Shown here piece after piece: positions 1-10,282 of a stretch of DNA of 64,000 nucleotides. Under the pieces are notes generated by a model. That model ran no database searches. It was not told the DNA's origin and saw nothing but the letters and a program-made list of their open reading frames with translations. The position numbers were made by a program, and so were the translations under genes. This DNA comes from a virus: the IMG/VR virus record IMGVR_UViG_3300030012_004234, positions 6,786 through 70,785 of that record; one strand, 5' to 3'. Every line of letters starts with the position of its first letter. Within the stretch, counting starts at the first letter, position 1.

Positions 1-113
1 TTTACATTTTTTATCATGAATGAAGGAATGTTATCAATAAGCATAACGAATCTATTTTGAACTTTAGGTTCGAAAGCTTGAAACATTATATCGTTTGCGT
101 CTAGTATTGCCAT
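1..113 (-). CDS. gp19: Tail tube protein (T4 gp19-like), N-terminal part; runs off the window start
   Basis: Not in the ORF track. Manual translation from ATG at 113 gives MAILDANDIMFQAFEPKVQNRFVMLIDNIPSFMIKNV, open to the edge. The FEPK.QNRF motif and the position directly after the sheath gene fit a tail tube. Confidence 0.8.
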   Translation of the reverse strand, partial: MAILDANDIMFQAFEPKVQNRFVMLIDNIPSFMIKNV

Positions 114-126
114 GTTCTTATTTTAT

Positions 127-134
127 TATAAATA
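127..134 (-). promoter_or_regulatory. Putative late-promoter motif TATTTATA upstream of tail tube
   Basis: TATAAATA on + strand, 13 nt upstream of the ATG at 113. The same octamer recurs before many structural genes. Confidence 0.6.
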
Positions 135-147
135 TCTACTTTTCAAA

Positions 148-1884
148 TTAATTATTAAATGATGCTCCAGTAGGCTCTACTACGAAGTCTAATACTATAA
201 ATTCTGCTGTTCTAGCTGGCTGTACAAATATCTGACCTACTAGTTGATTTCTATCAACAACATCAGCAGTATTATTACTATCATCCATTACTACTCTAAA
301 TGCAAATAAACCTTGTCTTTGAATTACTGATTCTAAGTATGGATTTACTTGTGCTAAGAATTTATTTCTTGTCGCTACTGTATTTTGTTCGAATACTAAT
401 GTATTAGCTACATTTCCAATAAACTCTTTGAGAGCGATTAATAATCTTCTTACATTTACTCTATCTAAAGCAGAAGCTTTAGTCTGTAAAGTCTTTTGAC
501 CAAATACTGCAATACCAGTTCCTGGGAATGTAGCAATTGGGTTTACTTTTGATGAATATAAACTATCTCTTTGTGAGCGAGATAATCTTCTTTCTGCTTG
601 AATTACTCCAGTTAGGCCTCCTCTTACTAATCCTGCAGGTGCAAACCAAGGTGCATTAGCACCATCTGTAAATGCATAAACTCCTGGGATAAAAGTAGAA
701 GCTGGACAGAATACGTTTTGTCCTGTTGCTGAAATAGTTTGTAACCAAGGCCAGTAAGATGCTGCATAAGATGAATTTAACGTATCTGCTTGACCAGTTA
801 CATTAGATACTGTAGCACCATATGTATATAAATCTGCTACGTAAATAGCATCTCCTCTTGACTCACATAAATCTATAATTGCATCTACTACTGTTCCGTG
901 ATGCTGATCTAAAATACCTGGGGCTGAGATTACATTAAATTTATAATCATCAGAATTTCCTAGTAATGTAGTAATTTTATCAGTATAACACCCAACTGTT
1001 AAACCTTGTGTATTAGCAGCTATATTACTAAAGTAGTTAGCAGCTACAACATTGGTTCCTGTAGCACCGTGGAATGATCCTGATTCAGCAATTGGTAGTG
1101 ATTTTGTATAAGATACTCCAGCTGCATCTGTATTAACTGTTACTCCATCGGTACTTAAATAATTTAAAGTTTTTAAATTTACAGCTTTTACTCTTACGTA
1201 ATTAGATCTATTAACAAAGTCTCCTGTAGTAGTAACGTTATCTCCAGTGGCAGAAATAGCTTTTACTTGGTCACCAATTACATTAGAGATATAATTTACT
1301 GAGTTTGGATCTAAACTTAAGTTATTAAAAGTTTCTAAAATTACTTTTTGTTTTAAACTATCATCACCTCTTCTTATTGAAAGTGAAAAAGTTCCTAAAG
1401 CTGTATTAATATTTGATATCTCCCATCTTAGGTTATCAAGTGAACCAGTCATTAATGAACTATCGCTATTTTGTTTTCCTGCGTCAGTAGTTCCAGTTGA
1501 ATTATTATAAATAACTCCTTTTCCTAAAGTTTCTAATTCGAAAGGCTGCACACTTAATTTTTCTGAAGCTGAGATGTGAGTAGCAGTTGCTGCTGTATAA
1601 GATCCAGTAACGACTCTTGCTACTAATAAGGTATTTCCTCCTTGAGAGAAGTAATTTTTCGCTGCTATTGAAGTTAAGTATTCTTGTTTTGCTGATCCTG
1701 AATCAAAAGTATCGCCAAAAACTCTTACGTATTCGTTATATGATGTAACGGTAGTAGGAATTTCAACAGGTCCTTTGACAGTTGGTCCAACTATACAAGC
1801 TCCTACTTCAACTGGAGCTGGGGTAATAAAAGAAATGTCATTCTCTCTTTGAAATACACCTGGTGAGATGATTTGTTCTGCCAT
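148..1884 (-). CDS. gp18: Tail sheath protein
   Basis: N-terminal SPGVFQRENDISF; PWFAPAG, VNPI...GQKTLQ..SALDRVNVRRLL, FEQN, MDDSNNT..VDRN and P..TAEFI motifs of myovirus sheath proteins. Confidence 0.97.
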   Translation of the reverse strand: MAEQIISPGVFQRENDISFITPAPVEVGACIVGPTVKGPVEIPTTVTSYNEYVRVFGDTFDSGSAKQEYLTSIAAKNYFSQGGNTLLVARVVTGSYTAATATHISASEKLSVQPFELETLGKGVIYNNSTGTTDAGKQNSDSSLMTGSLDNLRWEISNINTALGTFSLSIRRGDDSLKQKVILETFNNLSLDPNSVNYISNVIGDQVKAISATGDNVTTTGDFVNRSNYVRVKAVNLKTLNYLSTDGVTVNTDAAGVSYTKSLPIAESGSFHGATGTNVVAANYFSNIAANTQGLTVGCYTDKITTLLGNSDDYKFNVISAPGILDQHHGTVVDAIIDLCESRGDAIYVADLYTYGATVSNVTGQADTLNSSYAASYWPWLQTISATGQNVFCPASTFIPGVYAFTDGANAPWFAPAGLVRGGLTGVIQAERRLSRSQRDSLYSSKVNPIATFPGTGIAVFGQKTLQTKASALDRVNVRRLLIALKEFIGNVANTLVFEQNTVATRNKFLAQVNPYLESVIQRQGLFAFRVVMDDSNNTADVVDRNQLVGQIFVQPARTAEFIVLDFVVEPTGASFNN

Positions 1885-1911
1885 GTTTGCTATTGTTAAT
1901 ATTTAGTCTAT

Positions 1912-1976
1912 TATAAATATATGCGTAAAATGTAAACCAGTTTAGAATAAACGGTTCTTAATTACTTATATAAATA
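1912..1976 (-). promoter_or_regulatory. Two putative late-promoter motifs (TATTTATA) upstream of tail sheath
   Basis: TATAAATA on + strand at 1912-1919 and 1969-1976, within a 117-nt intergenic gap. Confidence 0.6.
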
Positions 1977-2001
1977 TCTAAAAATGAACCTAAAAGTATT
2001 A

Positions 2002-2256
2002 TTATTTAGATTTTTTGGGAATATATTCAAGCGTATTAGGATCAACAGTTCCTTCCCCGTAATCATTTATAAGCTTTTGACCTAAATCTTTCTGTAATTT
2101 AGATACATATTCGTAAAGAGCGAAAAGATCTTTCTTTCTCTTTTGTATAGATAGCTCTAAAAGTCCTATATCTGCTACTTCTTTTTCTATATTAGACTGT
2201 TTTTTCAAATAATCTTTTATAGCATCAGTGTAAGTTTTATTTAATTTTATTGCCAT
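2002..2256 (-). CDS. Hypothetical small coiled-coil protein
   Basis: 84-aa ORF, co-oriented, helical heptad character, ends YGEGTVDP...EYIP. Confidence 0.6.
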   Translation of the reverse strand: MAIKLNKTYTDAIKDYLKKQSNIEKEVADIGLLELSIQKRKKDLFALYEYVSKLQKDLGQKLINDYGEGTVDPNTLEYIPKKSK

Positions 2257-2260
2257 AGTA

Positions 2261-2704
2261 TTATACGTAATCCATTATATTATCACTGCATATGCCGATA
2301 TAATCTTTTAATTCCTCTTTTGGTAATTCCGGCATTACAGTTATTGCGTTCTCACATTTTACTCCTGGGTAAGCCCATATGTACCCTTTTGAAGTTAATG
2401 TTAATTTATCATCCTCATGCCAAAAGTAATTTAAGTATACCCCTCCTCTATCGATTTCAACTAATTTATTCATAGCATCTATATTCTTACAGTGTATCCA
2501 TAAGCTTCTATGAATATTTTGAAACCATTCAAAAGGTATAGCATATTGAGGTTCATCATGACCTAAATAGAACTTATTGTTCTTAAACCAAAAATCTACT
2601 TCTACTTGAAAACCAGTTCTTATAGCATTAGTTATATAAGAAGGTTTATTTTCATTAGAAGGGTCTGGTCCGTTTATATTGCCTCTATGTGAGATTAAAA
2701 TCAT
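2261..2704 (-). CDS. GDPD/PI-PLC-like phosphodiesterase domain protein
   Basis: ISHRGN, GFQVEVD, YLGHD, LWIHCKN and GICSD motifs. Confidence 0.75.
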   Translation of the reverse strand: MILISHRGNINGPDPSNENKPSYITNAIRTGFQVEVDFWFKNNKFYLGHDEPQYAIPFEWFQNIHRSLWIHCKNIDAMNKLVEIDRGGVYLNYFWHEDDKLTLTSKGYIWAYPGVKCENAITVMPELPKEELKDYIGICSDNIMDYV

Positions 2705-4077
2705 TTATAATTTTCTAAGTAATTTTTAAGATCTTCGGGTGTACCTAATCCCCACATTTTTTCTATATTAAAAGTCCTAATTATTTTATTATCTTTTATA
2801 GCTTGATTAAAAACTGGGCAAACATAAAATTCATTATTTACTCTAATATCCTCATCTATCATTTCTTCAGCATACTTAACAAAATCTGATCCTTTTTTCC
2901 AATAATAAAATCCTACTGTGGCAATATCGGAAATAGGCTTTTTCTCTGCTACTTCAGTTACTACTCCTTTATCATTAAGTTTAGCAAAACTCCATTTAGG
3001 GTGTGTAGCTTTAAATGTAACTATTCCTCCATCAGAATCAGTTTCATTCATTTTATACAGAAATTCAGTAGAATCCCATTCAACAAATTGATCTGAGTTC
3101 GCAAAGAATAAAGGGCTATCATTATTTATATATTCTTTTGCTAATAATGCAGTACATGCTGCTCCTTCAGTTACTCCTTGAGTTTCTACTATTTTGCATC
3201 CAGGGGTAATTAGATTAAGTAAAGTATCTAAATTATACTTTTCTCTGTGCTCTTTTTGAACTACATAAATATAATTTGCTTTTATGTTTAAATTATCAGT
3301 TACTACTTGTATCATTGGTCTACCTTTAACATCAATTAAAGGTTTAGGAAATGTATATCCAGCTTGTTCAAACCTACTACCTGCTCCAGCCATAGGAATT
3401 AAAACATTTAAGTTTTCATCTCTCCATGCTGGTTTGGATTGCTTTTCTCCTGAGTCAATACTTTTAATTTTATTCATAATATTTTTTGTTGTTACTTCAG
3501 TAGGATTTTTTACTCTAAGAATATAGGACTTACTTCTCGAAGCTGCTAATAGACCGTAAGGTGAATCTTCTATGATTAAAGTTTCTTCAGGTAAGCAGCT
3601 CATCATAGATATTGCTTTCCAATACATTTCAGGATGAGGTTTACCATTTTTTACATCTTCATTAGAAATAATTAAATCAAGGTACTCTATTAATCCTAAT
3701 TTAGATAATACTGTTAAGCAAGTTCGTCTAATAGAATTACTACAGACAGCTAATTTAAAACCGTCGTTATATAAGTTTACTAATGTATCAATTAATTGCT
3801 CGTTAGGTTCTATAGTACTTAACTTACCTAAAGTTAATTGTTGCTTTCTTTCCCAAACCTGTTTATGTATCTCTGATGGTAGTCCTTTTTCTTTAGTAAG
3901 TAAGTCTAGTTTTTGAAAAGTTTTTAAACCATCATACTTATTTAAATGTTCAGACCAATCTATTTTATATCCAGGATTAACTTCACTTAATGCTTCATTT
4001 AAAGCATCAAAATGCATATTCTTAGCTTGAACTAAAACTCCATCTAAGTCAAATATAATTAATTTAATTGAGGCCAT
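2701..4077 (-). CDS. HAD phosphatase + sugar nucleotidyltransferase fusion
   Basis: N-terminal FDLDGVL...KPHPE...IEDS (HAD); C-terminal IPMAGAGSRF..PKPLI, NSDQ, EVAEK, NNEFYVCP, GLGTPEDL. Confidence 0.9.
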   Translation of the reverse strand: MASIKLIIFDLDGVLVQAKNMHFDALNEALSEVNPGYKIDWSEHLNKYDGLKTFQKLDLLTKEKGLPSEIHKQVWERKQQLTLGKLSTIEPNEQLIDTLVNLYNDGFKLAVCSNSIRRTCLTVLSKLGLIEYLDLIISNEDVKNGKPHPEMYWKAISMMSCLPEETLIIEDSPYGLLAASRSKSYILRVKNPTEVTTKNIMNKIKSIDSGEKQSKPAWRDENLNVLIPMAGAGSRFEQAGYTFPKPLIDVKGRPMIQVVTDNLNIKANYIYVVQKEHREKYNLDTLLNLITPGCKIVETQGVTEGAACTALLAKEYINNDSPLFFANSDQFVEWDSTEFLYKMNETDSDGGIVTFKATHPKWSFAKLNDKGVVTEVAEKKPISDIATVGFYYWKKGSDFVKYAEEMIDEDIRVNNEFYVCPVFNQAIKDNKIIRTFNIEKMWGLGTPEDLKNYLENYK

Positions 4078-4834
4078 TTTCTTTTATATAATCAGTTAAA
4101 TAATGTGCCCAAGTAATATGGCTAATATCAGTTGGATGTCCTTCAGTCATATATTTAGTTTCAGCATACAGTTCTTTTACACCAAACAGTTTATCAAGTA
4201 ACTCTAAAAAATGTGCACTTTCTGGATCATTATTAAACCAATATTCTTTTTTTATCAAATCTCTATATCTACTATTCTTGTAATCGAAAGTATCAAAAGC
4301 ATTAAAGAATAAAATATTAGCATTAATAGATTCTAAGTAAGATTGAAGTGTATAAACGTTTAAAATAAAATCATCAATCCACATACTACTCTCAGGAAGT
4401 TCTTCTCGGAAAAACTGATGGGGTCTCCTTTGACTCTTTAAAAATTTATTTTTTTCTTCTTGAAATTCAAATATACTCTGTCGAAGCATAGAACTCCATC
4501 CTACAACTACTAAAAATTTATCAGTACCTAAATTATATATTGGGTTTTTTAAATCTTCTAATACTGCTATAGTCCTTAAAGTTATTCCTCGATTATCGTC
4601 TCCTAATCTACCTGCATTAAAAGTTTTTAATTTTAAATTTTCTCCTACTACTTTAGGCCATACAGGAGAATTATAAAACTTATATAATATTCTTTTACTT
4701 GTTAAACCATGACTACCAAAGTTTCTAGGAATATCGTACCAAGGTAAATCTTTCTCTGCTTGCCAATCAGGAGTCTGGGCGGGACTATCTCCTTGAGTCC
4801 AACTATCTCCGTTACAAACCAAAATCTTCTCCAT
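4064..4834 (-). CDS. SGNH/GDSL-like protein (DUF6071-like)
   Basis: CNGDSWTQG (block I), VVGWS, C-terminal GHPT..SH..WA. Confidence 0.75.
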   Translation of the reverse strand: MEKILVCNGDSWTQGDSPAQTPDWQAEKDLPWYDIPRNFGSHGLTSKRILYKFYNSPVWPKVVGENLKLKTFNAGRLGDDNRGITLRTIAVLEDLKNPIYNLGTDKFLVVVGWSSMLRQSIFEFQEEKNKFLKSQRRPHQFFREELPESSMWIDDFILNVYTLQSYLESINANILFFNAFDTFDYKNSRYRDLIKKEYWFNNDPESAHFLELLDKLFGVKELYAETKYMTEGHPTDISHITWAHYLTDYIKENGLN

Positions 4835-4837
4835 ACT

Positions 4838-4868
4838 TAAATATACGAAAATTAATTAACTTTTCAAA
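4838..4868 (-). promoter_or_regulatory. Bacteroidota-type sigma70-like promoter (TTTG-N19-TATATTTA)
   Basis: Minus strand reads TTTG aaaagttaattaattttcg TATATTTA. This fits the -33 TTTG / -7 TAnnTTTG consensus with one mismatch and lies in one of the few intergenic gaps of the island. Confidence 0.5.
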
Positions 4869-4874
4869 CAATTT

Positions 4875-5708
4875 TTAATTAAATCTACCTCTGTAATACT
4901 TATGATTAAACTCTTGTTGTTCATTAAACTTATTCAATTCATTATACTGAGCGTACTTATGTAATTTACTAAAACGTTTAAGTTCAGAAAGCATATCTGT
5001 TGTTACCGATACTTTTCCATCTCTTGTATCATCTTTTTCAAGTACTGTAAAATGTCTTTCAATAACATCAACTCCTTGAAAAATAGCTAATTTAGTAGTA
5101 AGTAAATTATCTTCATGAGGGTTAGAATGATCACTATATCCTATTTCGTCTAAATTAAAATAAAATTTATAAAAAGGTATGTTTTGTAAATTAGCTTTCT
5201 CTAAAGGAGTAGGATATACGCAAGTACAACCAAGTAAGCAGAAATCTATATTTAATTCTCTTAGATTCTTTATGGTATGTGATATTTCATCTAAAGTTAA
5301 ACTTGATGCAGAAAAGTATAATTTTTTAAAATTAAAATCTTTTAACTTATTACCATAATCGAAAGCAGGAATAGAATAACCTGATAGTTTAAGATTAGTA
5401 TAACCAAGATCATTAAAATATTCAGCATGTTTAGGAGTAAAAATGGTTGTCATAGATTCAACATTATACTCTTTACATTTTTCTATAAAAAATTTTTCAT
5501 CTTCTTTACTTAATTCTAATCCTTTAAGTCTATGATACTCTCCTTCGAAAGGTCTAAAATTTTCATACTCAGATCTGTTAGTTAACGTGTCTGCTTTTAT
5601 AGTTTGAATTTTTAATATACTACTATGCTCTGAAGCTGATTTAATCATTGCTTCAAGAATTTCCATATCACCATTATGATTTTGACAAAGTTCACTTATT
5701 ATTTTCAT
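4875..5708 (-). CDS. neuB: N-acetylneuraminate/nonulosonate synthase family protein (no C-terminal SAF domain)
   Basis: IISELCQNHNGD, KIQT, CVYPTP, IGYSDHS, VIERHFT and DGKVS motifs. Confidence 0.88.
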   Translation of the reverse strand: MKIISELCQNHNGDMEILEAMIKSASEHSSILKIQTIKADTLTNRSEYENFRPFEGEYHRLKGLELSKEDEKFFIEKCKEYNVESMTTIFTPKHAEYFNDLGYTNLKLSGYSIPAFDYGNKLKDFNFKKLYFSASSLTLDEISHTIKNLRELNIDFCLLGCTCVYPTPLEKANLQNIPFYKFYFNLDEIGYSDHSNPHEDNLLTTKLAIFQGVDVIERHFTVLEKDDTRDGKVSVTTDMLSELKRFSKLHKYAQYNELNKFNEQQEFNHKYYRGRFN

Positions 5709-6559
5709 ATCTTATAATCAGGGTATAATTTATTATGTTCTTTAATAATTAATTTAGTTAAATCTTCATTAGCTTGAGGAGAAGGATGGCCTCCACAGAA
5801 CCACTTACCCCATGGTCTAGTAGACTGTCTATTTTGAGTATTTCCAAATTCGCCATATTCTTTATAATGATTTACTCTAACATGATGGTACCAGCAATCC
5901 TCTAATCTAGGTTTTACCTGTTTATGTGCATCTGGGTATTCTATTTTTAAGTCACTGTCTATATTAAATGACATAAAATTTATTTTATCTTTAATTTTTT
6001 TTATACTATCATCCAAAGAATTAAAAACTATATAGTTCTTGTTATATTTTTCAAGTAATGTACATAAAGCTAAAACGTTATTTGATAATTTATTAGCTTC
6101 ATATTCAAAATTAAATAAATACTTTGCTTCTAACTCTCTATATTTTATATAACCTTCCATATCATCATCAGACCCAAAAAATCTATTCATTAATTTTTTT
6201 ATCTGATCCTCGTTATTTAGTTGAAATGTATGAATATCCCATTCTCTTTCAGTAAAATTCGAATAAACCGTTCTTCTGGTAATACCTGATAGACCTATAA
6301 TAACTAAATCTTTTGAATCGGGGTTTTCTAAAACATAGTTAATTATATTATTTATAATACGGTAATTAGAACTACCAGCCAAAGCTAAATTTACTTCCGG
6401 AATAACTAATTTTTTAGCAAGCAACTTTGACATTCTATGATCTCGACCAGTCCATACTACTTCTCTGTTCTTACCAGGAGTAATAATAGCTTCATATATA
6501 TTAGAACCTTCTATAAAACTGCAGCCTGCTGCTACTATATTTTTATACTTCTTTATCAT
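5705..6559 (-). CDS. SGNH/GDSL-like protein
   Basis: AAGCSFIEG, NLALAGSSN, IIGLS, GGHPSPQAN. Confidence 0.75.
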   Translation of the reverse strand: MIKKYKNIVAAGCSFIEGSNIYEAIITPGKNREVVWTGRDHRMSKLLAKKLVIPEVNLALAGSSNYRIINNIINYVLENPDSKDLVIIGLSGITRRTVYSNFTEREWDIHTFQLNNEDQIKKLMNRFFGSDDDMEGYIKYRELEAKYLFNFEYEANKLSNNVLALCTLLEKYNKNYIVFNSLDDSIKKIKDKINFMSFNIDSDLKIEYPDAHKQVKPRLEDCWYHHVRVNHYKEYGEFGNTQNRQSTRPWGKWFCGGHPSPQANEDLTKLIIKEHNKLYPDYKI

Positions 6560-6560
6560 C

Positions 6561-7088
6561 TTATATATGTTCTTTAGGTTGAACTATATGATATTTTTTA
6601 TCTAAAAGTTTATTATAATAATTTACACACCCGTTACGTCCATCTATAAAGTAATGAACTGGTTTATTAGTATGTTCAATTATTTTTTCAATATTGGTAG
6701 TTACGTTAGAAGGACAGTTAGTATCAGTTAAATGTACTCTATAATCTGGTCCGTCTAAGACTACTAACTCTACGTCTTCAATTTCTTCTATATTATGATT
6801 ATAACTTACGTACCCTAACGTCTTATCTTCCATTTTTATATCTACTAATTTAACTACTTCTTTATATTCAGGAAAAACGTTACTAAATTCATTATACCAT
6901 TCTTCCGAATCTTCATATGCTATTAGTCTACCACCGTAATTAAGTTCTTGTAAGCATTCATATAGGTAATAAGTACTTTCACCTGTTCCATATTCTACAA
7001 CTAGCTTAGGTTTGTTTAATTTTATGAAATCAAAAGCTTTTCTATATTTTAAAAAATCGTAGTAATGAGTATGTAATTGATAAATCAT
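6561..7088 (-). CDS. Class I SAM-dependent methyltransferase
   Basis: VVEYGTGEST, LIAYEDS, LVVLDGP. Confidence 0.75.
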   Translation of the reverse strand: MIYQLHTHYYDFLKYRKAFDFIKLNKPKLVVEYGTGESTYYLYECLQELNYGGRLIAYEDSEEWYNEFSNVFPEYKEVVKLVDIKMEDKTLGYVSYNHNIEEIEDVELVVLDGPDYRVHLTDTNCPSNVTTNIEKIIEHTNKPVHYFIDGRNGCVNYYNKLLDKKYHIVQPKEHI

Positions 7089-7906
7089 AATATTTTTTCT
7101 ATAACTCTTTTATATGCTTTTTCTTGAGCACTTATTCCAGTTCCTCCTATATGAGGGGTAATTAATATACGAGGATCAGAGGTGACTTTTAATTCAGTAG
7201 CTTTAGCGGTATACTCTTCTTTTATAACATCTGTTGCATAACCTAAAACTTTACCTTCACTTATTTCATCTAATAAATCATTTTCGTTTATAACTTCTCC
7301 TCTAGATGTATTTACTATAAATATATTTTTTTTAAATTTATTTATGTATTCTTTATTAATAAAGTCTATATTTCTATCTTCTAAATTAATGTTAATACTT
7401 AAAAAATCAGTTTCATCAAAAAAATCATCATCAGTAAATTGATCATCACTTATTCTTATATTTTTAAAAATTGGTTCGCATATATCATATAACATTTTAC
7501 CTAATCTACCGTATCCTAATATTCCTAAAGTTTTTTCTTTTAATTCATCTATTTTACCTACAACTCTAGGAATAGAAAGCATAAGATATAAATTATGTTC
7601 AGCGGTTGAAGTTATACTTTTTAATATTTCGTCATTTTTAATATCTATAACCGGTATTGATTTTATATCTATATGATTAGTTCCAGTAGATGGAGAAATA
7701 ATACCCTTTAGGTTTAACCCTTCTATATGTTTTTCAGATAAGGTATACCTAAGGTAGTTAGGAGCTGCAAATAAATAATCAATTCCTTTGAATATTTTAA
7801 GTTCTTCTTTTTTTACATTTAATAAGTTTAAAGCTTTAAATTTACCTTTAATAAAATTATTAAAATTAGGAAGGTGTTGATATGGGGTTAAAAATCCTAT
7901 AGTCAT
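7085..7906 (-). CDS. D-isomer-specific 2-hydroxyacid dehydrogenase (SerA-like)
   Basis: STGTNHID, TAEH, GILGYGRLG, VNTSRGEVI, ATDV, ITPHIGG. Confidence 0.9.
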   Translation of the reverse strand: MTIGFLTPYQHLPNFNNFIKGKFKALNLLNVKKEELKIFKGIDYLFAAPNYLRYTLSEKHIEGLNLKGIISPSTGTNHIDIKSIPVIDIKNDEILKSITSTAEHNLYLMLSIPRVVGKIDELKEKTLGILGYGRLGKMLYDICEPIFKNIRISDDQFTDDDFFDETDFLSININLEDRNIDFINKEYINKFKKNIFIVNTSRGEVINENDLLDEISEGKVLGYATDVIKEEYTAKATELKVTSDPRILITPHIGGTGISAQEKAYKRVIEKIL

Positions 7907-9267
7907 GTTTTAAAAAAATTATCAGTTAAAATATACTCTTTATAATTTTTACCAGATTTCCAATATTCGTGTTCACAATTTACAATACAAATACTACTAT
8001 CTTTATTTTTACTAATCGTATAAGAACTAGGTATACAAAATAAAAGTTCAAATATATTTCTTTGAAATGTTTTTATATTGGATTTAAATATTATGCATAT
8101 TCCTTTATTATTATTTAACTTTACTATTTTTTTAGTATCATTTATATTATTGCTTTTTATAACTTTAAAATCAAAACCAGTATAATTAGGGTTTTTAGAA
8201 AGCCTAAACAATTCAAGATACTTTTTTAAATATACTATTTCTTCTTTATCAAAATTATTTTTTAGATAATGGTAATTACTCCTAATTGTATCATTATAAT
8301 TTGAAGATTTTTCTAAAGAAAAATTATCTGATAATAAAGTTCTCGTTACTTTTTTAATATTATGTAAAGAAAGAATTTGATTTACTACTTTACGTTCTCC
8401 TTCTTGTATATGCTTTTTTGTTGTTACTTCATTATCAGTATATATATTAAAACTATTATTAAAGAATATTTTACAAAAATTATTCATAGAAATAAAAGTA
8501 TTAGGTAGATAATAAGTACTAGAATGAAGATTGGTTTGAGCTTCTAAAAGAGTACCGTGCTTTATATTATTAGCTTTTAAAATATACGTATCATGCTGTT
8601 CGTGAGATTTCATGCCTTTATCAAAATACGGCATATTAAAATCATATACAATAGGTATTTTTTTATCTTTTTTAGTATGTGAGCTTACACTATAAGAAGT
8701 AGGTTTATAAAAACTTATTAACTGGTCTACAGTGAGTATAGGGGTAATATAATCATAATACTTAAGATCTATAGTTTCCATATTTTTTTTAGAAATATAA
8801 AAAATTGTATTTTTTAAAGGGTCTCTTAAAAATATACTACTCTGTAATCTTGTTTGACCTGGATGAACTATTATACTAAAGTCTTCTAAACATTTTTCAT
8901 TTTCTAAATCTAAAGTTAACTTTTTATTTCTTTTATTTTTTACACTAATATGAACTGGTAGATCAGTATCCATATTGCAGTCTATCATTTCATGTACAAT
9001 ATTCATTCTTTGCCTTAACGTTTTAAGGTAATCGCCATGATAAGTAAATTCAGTTAATCGTTTGTGAAAGGTGTTATAATCTTCAAAAGAACTAAAAAAT
9101 CCATATCTATCATATAGCCATTGCCCGCTTAAACTTGCTATTTTGTTGTCTAAACAACCTCCATCTTGTAGAGCAGCAGTTATAGGAAATCTGTTAATAT
9201 GAAAAATAAAGTTATGTTCGAAAATATAACTAATAATCTCAGAAGACTTATCTGTCAATTTGTACAT
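7903..9267 (-). CDS. Hypothetical protein (possible ParB/Srx-like motif)
   Basis: 454-aa ORF coupled to both neighbours; the only recognisable hint is IVHPGQTRL. Confidence 0.5.
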   Translation of the reverse strand: MYKLTDKSSEIISYIFEHNFIFHINRFPITAALQDGGCLDNKIASLSGQWLYDRYGFFSSFEDYNTFHKRLTEFTYHGDYLKTLRQRMNIVHEMIDCNMDTDLPVHISVKNKRNKKLTLDLENEKCLEDFSIIVHPGQTRLQSSIFLRDPLKNTIFYISKKNMETIDLKYYDYITPILTVDQLISFYKPTSYSVSSHTKKDKKIPIVYDFNMPYFDKGMKSHEQHDTYILKANNIKHGTLLEAQTNLHSSTYYLPNTFISMNNFCKIFFNNSFNIYTDNEVTTKKHIQEGERKVVNQILSLHNIKKVTRTLLSDNFSLEKSSNYNDTIRSNYHYLKNNFDKEEIVYLKKYLELFRLSKNPNYTGFDFKVIKSNNINDTKKIVKLNNNKGICIIFKSNIKTFQRNIFELLFCIPSSYTISKNKDSSICIVNCEHEYWKSGKNYKEYILTDNFFKT

Positions 9268-10282
9268 TCAAAAGATCTTTTATTAAGTTAGTATTTTTTA
9301 ATTCTAAATCGTAATTAAACTTTATATATTTACTATTATCGGAAAAATGATTAATAGTTCGAAATGAAACAAGATTCTTTTTAAATAATCCTTCTATTTC
9401 TTTAGAGTATTTTAGAAAAAACCAAGAAGATGATGTATCAATTATCTCATACCCTTTTTTGTTTAATCTTTCTACTAGTTCATTTTTAGCTAAGAAAGTT
9501 TTTTCAGTATAGCGATTAAAATAAACTATATTATCCAAAATAAATTCGCAGTACTTTGCTGACATTCCAGAAAGTTCATACATAAATCTAAATTTATTAA
9601 ATATATCTATATTACTTTTATTACTTACTATATAACCAACCCTACACCCAGCAGCTCCGTAACCTTTTGAAAAGGTTCTAATGATAGTCAAATTAGTATA
9701 TGTTTTAATTTTTTTGACTAAGCTTTTTTTATTAGTAAGCTCTATATAAGCTTCATCTATTATAACGTGAATTCCTGTATCTAATAATGTTTTAATTTGA
9801 TCGAAAGTATAATAATCACCTAGAGGAGAGTTTGGGTTAGCTAAAATAATAAACTGTGTATCTTCATCGATTTTATCTAATATCCATCTAAAATTTAATC
9901 CTTTATTAGTATATCTTACTTTTTTTACTTTACATTCATATAATTCAGCGTAAACATTATACATTGGAAAGCAGTAATTAGATGTAATAATATTTTTTCC
10001 TTTTAGATCAAAACATTCAAATAGAGTCTTTATGCCTAGATCGGAACCTGGTGTAAATAATAAATTATATCCTTTAACTCCTAAATATTTAGCTAATTTG
10101 CTTCTTAAATTTTTTATATTAGGATAAAAGAATATATCTTTTTGTTTTATGGAAGTAATAAAGTTATTAAATAAACTATCGGGTAAATTTAAATTTCTTT
10201 CATTTTGAGATAATACAACTTTGTATAAATCTTTATTTTCTAATTTATTTTTTCGTACTATGTTATTTAAATGTTTTTTCAT
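9248..10282 (-). CDS. PLP-dependent aminotransferase class I/II (HisC-like)
   Basis: LSQNE, GSDLGI, ANPNSPLG, IIDEAY, RTFSKGYGAAGCRVGY. Confidence 0.9.
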   Translation of the reverse strand: MKKHLNNIVRKNKLENKDLYKVVLSQNERNLNLPDSLFNNFITSIKQKDIFFYPNIKNLRSKLAKYLGVKGYNLLFTPGSDLGIKTLFECFDLKGKNIITSNYCFPMYNVYAELYECKVKKVRYTNKGLNFRWILDKIDEDTQFIILANPNSPLGDYYTFDQIKTLLDTGIHVIIDEAYIELTNKKSLVKKIKTYTNLTIIRTFSKGYGAAGCRVGYIVSNKSNIDIFNKFRFMYELSGMSAKYCEFILDNIVYFNRYTEKTFLAKNELVERLNKKGYEIIDTSSSWFFLKYSKEIEGLFKKNLVSFRTINHFSDNSKYIKFNYDLELKNTNLIKDLLNVQIDR

